From Narcine bancroftii (Eukaryota), in the NCBI RefSeq assembly GCF_036971445.1, contig NC_091471.1, positions 185,628,001 through 185,692,000 of the forward strand: a stretch of DNA of 64,000 bases. Reading direction: 5' to 3'. Shown in pieces: positions 13,262-26,852 of this stretch. The position numbers and the translations under genes are program-made. The notes below the pieces were generated by a model. It made no database searches and was not told where the DNA came from. It worked only from the letters and a program-made list of their open reading frames with translations. The first letter of the stretch is position 1, and each line of letters starts with the position of its first letter.

Positions 13262-16200
13262 CTCGAACGAGGAGTCTGAGTTCGGTGGCGTTCAGAGGAG
13301 GAGGGGGGAGGAGCGAGTGACAGGGCTATTGGTCAAGAACAAATAAAAAGAGGGTAATGTAAAGGAGTGGCCTAGCGAACAAGTGGCACAGCGAAGGAGT
13401 GGGGCTTTGAGTCTTCGGATCGCAACTGCTGCAATCAAGGTAAGGTGTAAGGCAATCTAGTCAAGGGTATTATTTTACAAGCTAATGGAGTCAGCTAGGG
13501 CTGTGGATTGTTCCAGCTGAGGGAACACAACCACACCTGTAGGAAGTGCATTCAGCTCCGGCTCCTTACTGATCGAGTTCAGCAACTGAAGCTGGAACTG
13601 GATGAACTGCGGGTTATTCAGGAGGATGAGGCAGTCGTAGAGAAGAATTACATAGAGGTTGTCACCCCAAATAGGCAGGATGCAGATAGATGGGTGATTG
13701 TCAGGGGAGGTAAAAGGAAGGGACCAGTAATGCAGAGTACCCCTGTGGTCGTTACTACTACCAACATGTATGCTGTTTTGGATACTGCTGGTGGGGACAA
13801 TCTACCAGGGACGAGTCAAGGCGGTCAAGTCTCTGGCACAGAAATTGACTCCTCGGCTCAGAAGGGAAGGGCTGAGAAGAGGAAAGCATTAGTAATAGGG
13901 GATTCATTGGTTAGGAGGGCAGACAGGAAGTTTTCTGGGATGCATAGACTCCCTGATGGTATGTTGCTTCCCAGGTGCCAGGGTCAGGGATGTCTCAAAT
14001 CGTCTCATCAGCGTTCTGGAAGGGGCGTGAGAGCAGCTGGATGTAGTGGTCCACATGGGGACCAATGACATAATAGAGGTAGAGATGAGGTCCTCAAAAG
14101 GGAATATCGGGAGTTAGGTAGAAAGTTAAAAGAAAGGACCTTGTGGGTGGTAATCTCCAGATTGTTGCCTGTGCCCACACTAGACAGGGTACAAATAGAA
14201 AGATATGGCTGATGAATGCGTGGCTGAAGAGTTGGTATAGGAGGCGGGACTTCAGATTCCTAGATCATTTGGATCGCTTCTGGGGAAGGTCAGACTTCTA
14301 TAAAAAGAATGGGCTGCACCTAAACTGGAAAGGGACCAATATCCTGGCAGGAGGGTTTGCTAGAGCTGTTGGGGAGGGTTTAAACTAGCTTTGCGGGGGA
14401 GAGAATCAAAATGAGAGCAAAGAGAATAGGATAGAAGGGAGGCAGGGAGTTACAACAGAGGAAAGAAGTAATAGTGAAGAGGAAGTCAATAACAACATAA
14501 AGAAAAGGCAGGTGAGCAGACAGGAGAAAGAGATGTTCAACAGGAATACAGCACAAACGACCTCGATAACGGGCACCATACTTAAATGCACGTAGCATCA
14601 GAAACAAAGCAGATGACCCGGATGCTCAGATTCATCTAAAAAGGTATGACATTGTGGCCATTATTGAAACATGGATCAATGAGGCGTGCGATTGGGAGCT
14701 CAATACACAGTCTATATGAAAGATAGACAGGAGGGTAGAGGAGGAGGGGGGGGGGCTCTGATGATCAGTAATGACATTAAATCAATAGAAAGAGGGGACA
14801 TAGGGTCTAAAGCGGTAGAATCAGTATGGGTTGAGTTAAGAAATACCAAGGGTAAAAAGATCATATTAGCAGTTATATACAGGCCCCCAGATAGCAGTCC
14901 AGAAATGGACTATGAGATACAGACAGAAATTCAAAAGGCATGTCACAAAGATAATATCAAAATAATTATAAGGGATTTTAATATGGCAGGGGATTGGGAA
15001 GGACAGGAATTTACTGGATCACAGGAGAATGAGTCTGCAGAAAACCTAAGAGATGGATTTTTTGAACAGCTTGTTGAGAAGCCCACCAGGGGATCCGTAG
15101 TTCTTGATTGGTCATGTGCAATGAACCTGAGGTCATTATGGAGTAAAAGGTCTTAGAACCTCTAGGAAGCAGTGACCATAACATGGTTGAGTTCAATTTC
15201 AAATTTGAAAGGTAAAAATGTTATCAGATGTATCAATTTTTCAGTGGAATAAAGGAAATTATGGCAGTATGAGAAAGGAACTGGCTCAAGTCGACTGGAA
15301 AAGTAAGCTAGTCGGAGGAACAGAGCAGGATTGGAAGATATTTTTGCCAATAATAAAAGGCCTGCAGGATAGATATATTCCAAGGAAAAGGAAATTAGTC
15401 AAAGGAAATGTGGCTAACAAAATAAGTGAAGTCTAAGATAAAAGTAAAGAGGAGGGCATAGAAGGAAACTAGAATTAGTGGAAAATCAGAGTCTGGGAAT
15501 CCTTTAAAAACTTACAGAGATAAAGAAAGTCATTAGGAAAGATGAGTTATGAAAGGAGATTGGCAAACAATATAAAAAACGATACTAAGATTTTTTTCAA
15601 ATATATAAAGAATAAAAGAGACATGTGTTGGCATTAGATCCAACAGAAAACGATGCTGGCGAAATTATAATGGGTTATAAAGAAATAGCAGAAGAACTAA
15701 ATCAATATTTTACGTCAGTCTTCACTGTGGAAGAATTAGTAATATCCTTGACAGAGGCTTCAAGGAGTAGAGTTGGATACAGTTAAAATTACTAGAGAAA
15801 TTGTACTTTTGAAGATTGTAGATCCATTGGTGACAATCTTTCAGAAATTGATAGTCTCGGGTGTGGTTCCAGGGGATTGGAAATGTGGTTCCGCTGTACA
15901 AGAAAGGTGGGAAACAGAAAAAAGGAAACTCTAGACCTATAAGTCTGACGACAGTGGTTGCCTAGAAATACATGACAGGATAGGTCCTAGTTAGCATGGT
16001 TTTTTAAAAGAGTAGATCCTACCAACCAACCTAGTTTTTTGAAGACAAAGGGGAGGCGAAGGATGTTATATATTTGGAATTTCAAAAGGCTTTTGATAAG
16101 GTGCCACATGTTAGGCTGCTAAATAACATGAGGGCCCATGGAATTACAGGGACGCTATTAGACTGAAAATTGGCTGATAGGCAGAAAGGAAAGGGTTGAA

Positions 16201-16880
16201 ATTAAGGGATTCCGTTCAGGATGGCTGCCTGTAACAAGCAGTGATCCACAGGGTTGGTCTTGGGGCCGCTGCTGTTTACAATTTATATTAATGATTTGGA
16301 TTGTGGAATGAATGGTTTTATGGCCAAATTTGGGGATGACACCAAGATGGGTGGTGGAGCAGGAAGTGTTGAAGAAACCGTATTATTGCAGAGGGATTTA
16401 GACAGATTGGGAGATTGGGCAAAAATATTGAAAGTGTTCAGTTCTATATTTTGGCAGTGGAAATAAACAGACAGAGAACAATTTGGATGGGGAGAAAATT
16501 CAATCCTCGGAGGTGCAAAGAGACCTGGGTGTCCTTGTGCAGAGTAATCTAAAAGTTAACACCCAGGTGGGATTGGTACTGAAGAAGGCAAATGCAATGC
16601 TAGCATTCATTTCAAGAGAAATAACGGAGAAGAGTTAATGAGACTCTATGGGGCACTGGTGAGACCCCATTTGGAGTACTGTGTACAGTTTTGCGCTCCC
16701 TATCTTCAAAAGGATGTGATGTTGTTGGAGAGGGTAATTCCTGGAATGCAGGGGCTGGAGTATGGGGAGCGTTTGGTAGCTCTTGGGTTGTATTCGTTGG
16801 AGTATAGGAGAATGAGGGGGCATCTCAGAGAGACATTTTGAATATTGAAAGGTTTTGACAGAGTGAATGCGGATGTTTCC
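13262..16880 (+). mobile_element. Near full-length decayed CR1 LINE in the last NFKB1 intron
   Basis: ORF1 remnant with CRKC plus coiled coil and SGNH esterase motif (LVIGDSLVR); APE remnant (ESVWVEL, VIYRPP, SDH); RT remnant (LGPLLFTIYINDLD, KFGDDTK); many stops and frameshifts. Confidence 0.85.
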
Positions 16881-17924
16881 AACCTGCTGCATTCCTTTTC
16901 TGCAGCAGGTTTAGACTGTTTAGAGGAACCCTTTCTTAAGGACTATTCTTGAGGCCTGAGCAGCTAAAAGCTCTTTACCATAGCTGCACTTTTGCTTTGG
17001 GGGCCAGTGGTTCCACAAGGTCAGCTGATGAGGAAATTGCAGGAAGAAAACTGTTTGTGGAAGTGGTGGAGGGTTCTCAGACTATCCTGGTGTGGAGTGA
17101 AGGTGCAGGCCAGGGATGGCAGAGTATCCATGTGACGGAGCTGCAGCCAAATGGATGGGGTTAAGCTAAGGGCCGGACTCGGAGAAACGTTCACAGTTGA
17201 TTCCTATCACTCTAATCCATAAAACCAGTGAGATAGAGTCAGGGCTTTGGTGTCACCAGCCTTTGTTCAACTGCTATCAGCGGGCCCTGACATCACCATC
17301 ACACCTGTCATCTCCAGGAAGAAAGAGCACTTCATTCTCTCAGGCTCGACTAGATTCAAACCCACTTCCTGGAAGTCGAGGAACAATGATCAAACATTTA
17401 CAACTCCTTCCTCTGCTCCATGTTATTGAGAGGCAAACGCAAGATCCTTTACCTTTTGCAGAACAGATGACTGCTTTTAGTTTATGAGAAGACCTAATAT
17501 TTGCCTGTACAGTGGTTTGTGCTGATTTTGCCCTGTTTGGTTAAGGGGATGATCAGAGGTGAGGCTCCTTCATTTTCAGACGTTAATCACAGGCTGTTTC
17601 CACCAATGATGGCCTCTCAATCCTCTTAAGACAGACAGGATTAGCTTATTGTCCCTAATATGCCTTGATGTCACCATGAGGAGAAACAGAGTATTTTAAA
17701 ATAAGTTTAGGAATAAGAACATTTTGTAATAAAGATGTTAGGCAAGAATATAAAGAATGAGAAAATTATATTTAAAATAAGTATCTTTCAGTCTCAGAAT
17801 TACTGCTAGTCTAAATTGTCATTGCATTTCTACTGAAATAAAACTAATCTTCAAATTGGAATGGGGGGGGATTCTGCATTGATTTTCAAATAAGAAATTG
17901 AAAGCTCTTGTTCTTTTCACACAG

Positions 17925-18034
17925 TTGTACAGGTCGAAGCAAAGTCCCAGCAGTGTGACAGTGTTTATGACAGTGGAGTGGAGACCTCGTTTAGGAAGCT
18001 CAGCCATTTGACAGCAGAGTCTTTTGACATGTGA
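17925..18034 (+). CDS. NFKB1: NF-kB p105 terminal coding exon with IKK/beta-TrCP degron
   Basis: VVQVEAKSQQCDSVYDSGVETSFRKLSHLTAESFDM-stop; DSGVETS is diagnostic of p105; acceptor ttcttttcacacag. Confidence 0.92.
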
Positions 18035-18881
18035 CCCTAGACCAAGAAGTGAATCTCCACCCATCTCCTGAACCTCTTGGAACGAGAATTCTCCCCAGAT
18101 TCGGACCACTGTTGTGATCTCTGTTGGATTACTATCCTAAGACAATTTTTTTTAAATATCAGGCAGGTCAGTGCTTAAAGTTAACAAGTTCTCAATCCTA
18201 ATGCAATAAACCTGGCACGCTCAGCTTTATTTTGTTTGTTTTAAAATACATTCTGGCCAAATATTACTGGGGCTGCCAACATACAAGGATCCTTGTAAGA
18301 CCTGGTATGCAATGCAGTTTGGCATTTCCAGTACAATACTGAAGGAATGCTGAATGGAGGAGATGTCAACTTATGCTTGAAGAATCTGCTGGTTCCTTGG
18401 GCACTGCTGTGGAGATCTTCCTACTGCCCTTCCAACATCTAAAGCAGTTGATGTGGTCAGATTCATACTGCAGTTTGTGGAATCTTGCCGTGTACATTTT
18501 GGCCACAGTCATTTGCAACATTGTCTGTAAAGTGTCTATGGCTTTATGAGCTTGTCCAGGCAGATCTCAGCACTGATAAAGTGAAGCCAAGCTTCAACAG
18601 TGGCCTTTCCCTTCTCTGCCCACCATGGCCTGTTTATTTTTCCAAGAAGACAGAAGTTGTGTGTTTGGGGCAGCCAGGAGGAAGGATTCTTGGAATCTTG
18701 ATGAGCCAAACTACAATTTTATTTTGTTTTTACAAAAGACTTGGTTCTTTTCAGAATTAGCTCATCATTATTGTTTACACTTTTAAATGCATCATGTAAA
18801 TAGTCCCAACATCTGGTATTCCAAAATTAATTTTATATTTTTGCTTGAAATGCGTACTTTCAAATTGTACGCTTTTTTTAA

Positions 18882-18895
18882 AATAAACAATTAAA
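18882..18895 (+). terminator. Candidate NFKB1 polyadenylation signal (AATAAA then ATTAAA); an alternative AATAAA lies at 18205-18210
   Basis: Hexamers downstream of the stop codon in AT-rich UTR-like sequence. Confidence 0.45.
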
Positions 18896-19299
18896 AATGG
18901 ATGAGTTGACCACAGGAATCTTCATTTCTAAACTCACTTTGGGAATCTGCACCAATTCTACATATATACAAATGTTAAGATCTTTGAATAATTAGGAAAA
19001 TGCCAGAAACATTTATTAGGTCAGGTGGCATCTGTGAAAAGGGGAACGGTTAACCCACTGGTCAGGCATGATGTTTTGCATGAGAGAAAATGTCTCACCC
19101 TAATGTTGTAAGCCTCTGGTATGACCTTATCCATTGGATGGATTAACCAGCCTTGGACCTGAGCTCTGGAATTTAAATAATAATGTCAATGAAACATACA
19201 GGGCAATGACAAGATGGAGTGAGAGATATTTCCCTAGCTGTGGAGTCAGGTAGGGTTACTGTTCTAATGTGAAATTTTGAGAGTACAGAGTTTGTATAT

Positions 19300-21145
19300 T
19301 GCTGTTAGAATTAAAGGCAAAGTAAACAGGTTTTCGAGGGATATTGGTGATCTGGTTTGGAAGTAGAGAGGTATATAGCAGGTATAGGCAACACAGAGCA
19401 AATGAGATACTCAAGGAGTATAAAATATGCAAGAAAAAAACATAAGAAAGGCATCAGGAAGGCTAAAAGAAGACATGTAGTTGCTTTGCTGACAATGTGA
19501 AGGAAAATCCTAAGGGTTTCTAAAGGTATATTAAGAGTAAAAGGATATTAAGGGACAAAATTGGTCCCCTTGAAAAGATCAGAGTGGTCAGCTATGTATG
19601 GAGGCAGAAGAGACTGGGGAGATCTTAAATGGTATTTTTGCATCAGTATTTACTCAGAAACTGGCATAGAGTTGAGGGAAGTAAGGAAAATAAGCAGTGA
19701 GGTCGGAACCTATACAGATGCAAAAATTTGCTCTCTTAAAGCAAATACGGGTGAATAAATCCTCAGGGCCTGACAAGATATTCCCTTAGGCCTTGAAAGA
19801 GACTAGTGTAGAAATTGCAGGGGTTCTGGCAGAAATATTTAAAGTGTACTTAACCACAGGTGTGGTGCTGGATTGAAAGTTAGTTCACGTTGTTCCATTG
19901 TTTTAAAAAAAGGCTCCAAAAGTAACCCTGGAAATTATTGACCGGTGAGCTTGATGTCTGTAGTAAGGTAATTAATTGAAAGGTGTTCTTAGGGATTGGG
20001 TGTACAAGTATTTGGACAGCCAGGGATATGCAGCGTGGCTTTGTGCATGGTAGGTCACGTTTAACCAATCTTAGAGAGCTTTTTGAGGAAGTTACCAGGA
20101 AAGTTGATGAAGGAAAAGGTGTGGATGTTGTCTGCATGAAATATAGTAAGGCCTTTGACAAGGTCCCATGTGGGAGGTTAGTCAGAAAGGTTCAGATGCT
20201 CTATTCATGGTGAAGTTGTCAACTGGATTTGACATTTGGCTACACGGAAGCCAGAGTGTTAGTGGATGATTGCTTCTCAGACTGGAGGCCTGTGATTAAT
20301 GGTGTGCCTCAGGGATTGGTGCTGGGACCATTGTTGTTTGTCATCCTACATTAATGATCTGGATGATAATATTGGTAAATTAGATCATCAAATTTGCAGA
20401 TGACACGAAGAATGGAGCTGTTGTGGACACTGAGGAAGGCTTTCAAAGCTTGCAGAGGGATCTGGACCAGATGGAAATGAATGCAGGCAAGTGTGAGGTG
20501 TTGCAATTTGGAAGGACAAACCAAGAAAGGACATGCATGGTAAATTGTAGGGCACTGAAGAGTGTGGTAGAACAGAGGGATCTGGAAATACAGATACATA
20601 ATTCCTGAAAGTGATGTCACAGATAGATAAGGTTGTAAAGAGAGCCTTTGGCATATTGGCCTACATAAATCAAAGTAATAAGTATTGGAGTTAGGATCTT
20701 TATGGGAGAGTTGTATAAGACATTGGTGAGGTCAAATTTGGAGTATTGGTCACCCAACTACAGGAATGATATCAATAAGATAGAAAAAGTGCAGAGAAAA
20801 TTTAGTAGGATGTTGCCTGGACTTCAGTAGAAGAATGAGGTGAGATTTGATAGAGGTATTTAAAATTATGAGGGGTCTAGATAGGGTAAATGTTGGTATG
20901 CTTTTTCCACTGAAGTTAGGTGAGATACAAACCAGAGGACATGGGTTAAGGGTGAAAGGCGAAAAGTTTAGGGGAACAAGCTGCCAAGCTGTGAATTTTA
21001 ATTTTTAAGATGATTTTGGACAGGTACATGCATTGGTGGGATATGGAGGACTATGGTCGAGGTGCAAGTAAGTGGGACTAGGGAGAATAAATAGTTCAGC
21101 ACTGACTAGAAGGGTCTGTTTCTGTGCTGTATTATTCTATGGTTA
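19300..21145 (+). mobile_element. 5'-truncated decayed CR1 LINE
   Basis: GFVHGRSRLTNL, SKAFDKVP, FADDT motifs and a CR1-type tail. Confidence 0.85.
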
Positions 21146-21689
21146 GGTCTAAAGATAGCTGAATCTTCAGAATTCTCAACCTGTGGAAGTCCGGTTGGAG
21201 TGTATTACAGTGGATTTTTAAGTTTTTTTAGGGAATCAAGGAGAAGGTGTTAATGGAGGAACACAAAGGGGCTGAATAGCCTCTGTCTTGTTTGAAGGAG
21301 AATAGCTTAAGTGAATGATGTCCAGAGGAGTGACTAGAAATACAGTGACATGCACCCTCAGCAGTCATATGCCATGTCGAATAGATTCTGTAATCTGACA
21401 CACTGGTCCTGGCTGATGCTGGAGCAGTTTCCAGACACATGTATGTTCCTCTAACACTCACACACTGTCATTCACTTTGTTGACCCTTAGTTAGTTCAAA
21501 CTACAGCTCCAGCCTCAAACCCAGTCACATCACTAACTTCTGGTGTTCCCAGCAGCACATTGGACTCCTGGTCACATTCCAAACCAAGGAGTAAGCCAGA
21601 ATTTGCCGCATGGACCTAATATCACTTGAGGATGACTGGCCAGCTCCTGAGGTTTAAAACAAACTCAACCTGGTGGTTAACCTTTAGGG

Positions 21690-23140
21690 TATCCTGCATG
21701 AGGATCTTCGAAGTTCCAGTGAATCTCCAAATTTTGAATTTTCTCCCCATCTAAATAATAGCTTGGCATTTTATTCCTTCTAGCAAAGTGCATGACTACA
21801 TGCTTTCCCACAATGTACAGGTGCTCCCCTACCTATGATTTTCCGACATTCTAATCTGTTCCCACTCTTGCGATGCTGACTCAACCATACTCACGGTCTC
21901 TGTAGCGATCATGCAAATGAGTGCACTGTAAACAACCCATCAAAATGGTAGGTGCAGTATTCTTTCTCAATTTACGTTGGGTTTGCCAGAACATAACTCT
22001 TTTGTAAGTTGAGGAGCACCTGTATTTCATTAACCACTTATTTGCCCATTCTAATCTATCCAAGTCTCTCTGCAGCCTCCCTACCCCTTCACCTATCCAA
22101 ATTATTACCATTCAATGTAAAAAAGACTTGACCCCCAACACTGACCACTGGTAACGGGTAACCAACCAGAATAGGATCCCTTTATTCCCATTCAATTTCC
22201 TGCCAACCAACCAATGCTCTACCCATCTGGTATAATTTCTCTAATTCCATGGGCTCTCATTTTGTTGAAGGCCTTTTGAAATCCAAATATACAACGTCCA
22301 CTGCATCTCCTTTGTCTAATGTACTTGTGGTTTCCTCACAAAAGTGCAATAGGTTTGTCAGGCAAGATTTTCCCTCAAGGAAACCATGCTGACTTTGGGC
22401 TATCTTGTCATGCATTTCCAGATACTCTGTAACATCATCCTTGACAATTGACTCCCAACCACTGATGTTAGGCTAAAAGGTCTATAATTTCCTTTCTGCT
22501 GCCTTCCTCCTTTTTTAAATAGCAGAATGGCCTTTGCAATTTACCAGTCATCCAGAACTGCACCAGAATTTCTTGATTCTTGGAAGATCATTACCAATGC
22601 CTCCACAATCTCTATTCCTATTCCTTTCAGAACCAGAGGGTACATTCCTTCTGATCCAGGAGACTTATCTACCCTTAGACCATTCAGCTTCACAAGTACC
22701 TTTTCTCCAGAGATCATGACTGCACTCCCCTCTCTTCCCTGAAAGCCTTGAAAGTCCAGTATATTGCTAATGTTTTCCAGTGAAGATTGATGCAAAATAC
22801 TTATTCAGTTCCCCTGCCATCTCCTTGTCTCCCAATACAATTTGTCCTGTGTCATTTTCTATCAGTCCTACATCTATCCTCACCTCTTTTTTAAACTTAA
22901 AAAAGCTTTTAGTACCCTTTGTAATATTGTTTGCTAGCATCTTTTCAAAGTTCATATTTTCCTCTGTCATGACCTTAGTTGCCTTCTGTATGTTTTAAAG
23001 GCTTACTGCCATCTTCCCACTAATTGTTACTTCCATGTATGCCCTTTCTTTTGCTGTTACTTTGGCTTCTCTTGTCAGCCACAGTTGTCATTTTTCCATT
23101 CAAATATTTCATTTTTGGAATGTACCTATCCTGCACCTTA
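21690..23140 (-). mobile_element. Decayed CR1 LINE fragment
   Basis: LRVDKSPGSEGMYPLVLK and RLQRDLDRLEWANKW on the minus strand. Confidence 0.8.
21818..22022. mobile_element. Tc1/mariner-pogo (Tigger-like) MITE inserted in CR1
   Basis: TA|CAGGTGCTCC...GGAGCACCTG|TA: terminal inverted repeat with TA duplication. Confidence 0.75.
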
Positions 23141-23319
23141 TTTCTAAGAGAAATAAGGTGCAGGACAGATACAGGCCCAGGCCTTGAAACTTTGGTCACT
23201 TATCAAGAATGCTGCATGTTTATATATTCCACTCAACCCCACCATCTTCAGATTTTCTTGGTTAACTACCCTAGTTTCCTGCCTCCCCAGTGTGTGGGTC
23301 AAGTAGTAATCCTGTGATA

Positions 23320-23645
23320 GGCTGGGGGGTTTTCTCTCTCTGAAGCATAGGAGGCTAAGGGTTGATCATATAGAGTTACATAGAATCAGGAGGGGCATGG
23401 ATAAAGTGTATGGTGATCATCTTTTCCTCAGGGGAGATGAGTCTGAAACTAGAGGACATAAGTTTAAGATGAGAGGGATAAGTTTTAGTGGGACCTGAGG
23501 AGCTCCTTTTTCTATACACAGGGTGGTGGGTAATGGGATGAGCTGCCATTGGAAGTGGTACAGATGGGGACAATTGCATGCTAGAAGGCATTTTGACAGG
23601 TACATGGATAGGAAAAGGTAAAGTGATATGGGCCAAATGCCTTCG
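23320..23645 (+). mobile_element. CR1 3' fragment
   Basis: aaactagaggacataagtttaag...gacaggtacatggatagg tail signature. Confidence 0.65.
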
Positions 23646-24784
23646 ATGCTCCTGACTTTGTTCAAATGCAAGTACTTCTGCTGCATGGCCTGATGTCTAG
23701 AAAATGAATTGGTTCCTTCAGTATTTGTCTGCAGGCATCAAGGCATGTATCAGGTGAGAACAAACATTAACGCCTGTTGCCTGCTTCACTCATGTCAGTA
23801 GTAAGATTTTCAAGGCCTGTGATACACTGATTAGTGCATTGATCTCTGCTCTGGCCCTTGACCCTACAACAGTGACTGCCAGCCTCCTTGTTGTGTTCTT
23901 ACACTGAGATCTTCAGTTAACTGAACAATGTGATATTCAGAGATAACATGATGGAAGATTACCCAGAGCTGCATGGTTTCTCCACTTAAATGCAGAGGTT
24001 TCCCAGCACTACAAGATGTTCATCCTGCAAGATGGGCAGAGGACTTTTCACTTGACTGAATCTGAATGTGGAAGTGCACAGGGCACAACTCCAGGTGAAC
24101 ACAATTAGGATCACGTTTCCTGTGTGCAGACATGCTGGTCATTCAACAGCACAATGTTAGTGACTCAAAATATTCCTTGCAACTCGGGAGGTATGCCTAA
24201 ATGAACAATATTTCTAGAACACGACAGTGTACTCACACACACAATCAGTGAATCCTTGAAATAAAAGGTTTGCAGAACAACTACTAGTGTAAAATAAAAT
24301 TTTCAACAATATTCTTCAATTAAATATTGCCATTTCATCAGTTAGTTTGATCTGAAAGTCCCTGAGTTGCAAGGCTTGTTGATGTTTGATGATGCAGGAG
24401 CAGTGTTAAGACGCCCTCACAGACGACTGACGGGAACAAGTCTCCCATCTATTGAAGCAGTAACCAACAGTATCAAAGTGAGCACACAATAACTCGCTGA
24501 GAAATAATGCACTAACAAAGGAATGCTGAATATTGATAAAAGCAAATTGAAGTATTGCTTAGGAAAGCACAAAATAGTTTGCTATTCTGCCAAAATCTGA
24601 TTGAACTGTATTAAATTTCCAAAAAATCATGAGTTGAATTTCAACATTGGCTGAGTAGTCTTTGGTCTTAATGTTTTATGAATTAAACTGGTGGATTAAC
24701 GGGTTATCACCCTTTCAAATGATACATTCATGCTTGAGAGATGCTGATTCAGCAGATTGGTCAATCAACGCCAGGCATGAGGAG

Positions 24785-25009
24785 TTAATAAATATCCTGG
24801 AGGACATGGACGCTCAGGGACTTCCTCAGCTCAGAGATGCTGCAGGAGCACCATGGGATGAAGGTCAACAGCTTGCTCTCCTCCACCATCAGGAAGCCAT
24901 TCTCACTGAACCGTCCCGAGATGGTTCCTACATCCAACCAGACGTACAGGGCAATGCTTGAGGTCCGCAGAGTAATCCCGTAAATGTCCCCTTGCTGTAC
25001 GACAGTGGT
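24785..25009 (-). CDS. MANBA: Beta-mannosidase terminal exon
   Basis: TTVVQQGDIYGITLRTSSIALYVWLDVGTISGRFSENGFLM...LQDIY-stop matches the MANBA C-terminus; ttccag acceptor. Confidence 0.93.
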   Translation of the reverse strand, partial: TTVVQQGDIYGITLRTSSIALYVWLDVGTISGRFSENGFLMVEESKLLTFIPWCSCSISELRKSLSVHVLQDIY

Positions 25010-25059
25010 CTGGAAGAAACGATGGAAACTCATTCACATTGGCAAATTCACTGATGAGC

Positions 25060-25420
25060 TCTCTTTGGATCAAAAGAGGATGAAAGGTGACTCAATCGAA
25101 CTGTATTGAATGAGAAGAGGCATAGATAGAGTGGACAACCATCACCTTTTTTTTGTGGGGTGATAGTCGTAAACAACAGAGAATGTCTGTTTAAGGTGAG
25201 CGGAAGAAAGTTTAAGAGAGACATCAGAGGTATGTTATTTTACCCAGAGTAGTGGGTGCCTGGAGTGCATCGCCAGGCGTGGTGGTGGAGGCTGGTACAA
25301 TTCAAAAGACTCAAACAGACATATGAATGTAAGAGAAATACAGGGTTAAATTGTGCAGTAGGTTACAAAGGTCAACACAACATTGTGGCCTGAAGGGCCT
25401 GTACTGTGCTGTAATGTCTG
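25060..25420 (+). mobile_element. CR1 3' fragment
   Basis: Similar to the 2960-3340 CR1 tail. Confidence 0.6.
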
Positions 25421-25846
25421 CTTATGTGAAGTTCTTGCAACTAAAATGCAGCACCAAGAGTGGCACCTCTGAGCTGACAGATTATCCTGTTGCGAGCTGC
25501 CTAACACCATCACCTTCATTGAAGGTGGGGCCCAAGGCTGGGATCAGAATGTCAAGATGCAGAGGAGTCAGAACCAACAAGCCATCCATTAATCTATCAG
25601 CACTCCATGGTCACTGACTAGCTCATTTCCCCAGCATTCAATGACCAAAATGAACTAACAGGATCTACAAAACTCCTCAAAGCACAAGATTACATGCAGT
25701 TAAATGTTCTAGTCTAAATCCTTGCCAACTGACTGCGTGGCTCTAATCCGCAGAGACAGATGTATTTGGACAGCTGTCTCATTTAGGGACAGGAAGTTAC
25801 CTGTGTGGAAGGTGAGTGAATGATAAGGTTTGATGCTGTTACTTAC

Positions 25847-26101
25847 GTTAATCTGTGGCTTTCTCAATGTCTCCGAGTCCTTTAAAGATGTGAGCAAATA
25901 ATAATTAGCTGGTCCGACCTGTTGCCCATCAACCTCAAGATGAAATGTGAGCACACAGCGAGATCGACTGCAACCACAGCGCCTCAGCAGATCTTCAGTC
26001 ACTTCTTTGTGTACCGGGGCAGCACTGCTTGCGTGCAGCATGAAGGACTCAGTGGTGTGAACACACACAGGCTCCATGCGATTCCAATAGTAAAGCCGAA
26101 C
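25847..26101 (-). CDS. MANBA: Beta-mannosidase penultimate exon
   Basis: VRLYYWNRMEPVC...DLLRRCGCSRSRCVLTF...GPANYYLLTSLK...QIN; tgtag/gtaagt boundaries. Confidence 0.9.
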
Positions 26102-26852
26102 CTACACAACAAAGACATCCGTAATGAAATAAAACCTCATTAAACTCCCTCAACTTCTCCCATGTAATTGATCACCAGCTCTACCACCCACTGCTAGAGG
26201 GATTGCATATTGCTGCAGTTGAGACAATTAGCAATGCTGTGATTCAAAAGGCTATGATGAGTTTGGTGGGGGGGAAGATCCCCAATGTCGTGAGGTGGTT
26301 CCCCTGGCATGGGGGGGGGGTAAGTTCCCTGTGGGGTCAGGTGGCATGGTTCCCCATGTAAGAGAGCGCAGTTCCCTTGGTGTCACTGAGTGTGGTTCAC
26401 CTAGCGTTGAGGGGCATATTTCCTCCCCCCACCATGTTGAGACCAAACATGTGCCACTCAGTGCCATCACCAGACTGAGATTACAATGTCCTCCAAGGGA
26501 TCTTGCTGTGCCTTACCTTTCCGATTAGTAGCTGCCCCATCTCCTTGTGAGCTCACTCGTGGAGCAGGTTAGTTCCTTAAGTTGCAAAGGGGTTGTTGCA
26601 ATGCAAGTCTTTTTATTGAAAGGGAACAGATTTTTAACTTCCACTAAACATGTGATTGAGTTGATGCCCTGTTCAATAAATAATCCATTACCTGAAGTCA
26701 GCCTTGGTGGTTTACACTACTGTCACAGTTGCAGTTTTATCCAATTAAATTTGGGCAGGTATATGGTATAAAGATTTCAAGGGATGTGGGGAAGAGTATG
26801 TGACCAGTATGGATGAGTTCAATAAAAGCACAATTTCTGTGCTGTATAACCT

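Noticed and set aside
16906-16952. Alternative NFKB1 terminal exon after ttccttttctgcag (AGLDCLEEPFLKDYS-stop)
   Set aside because: Plausible acceptor only; no protein similarity and no transcript evidence
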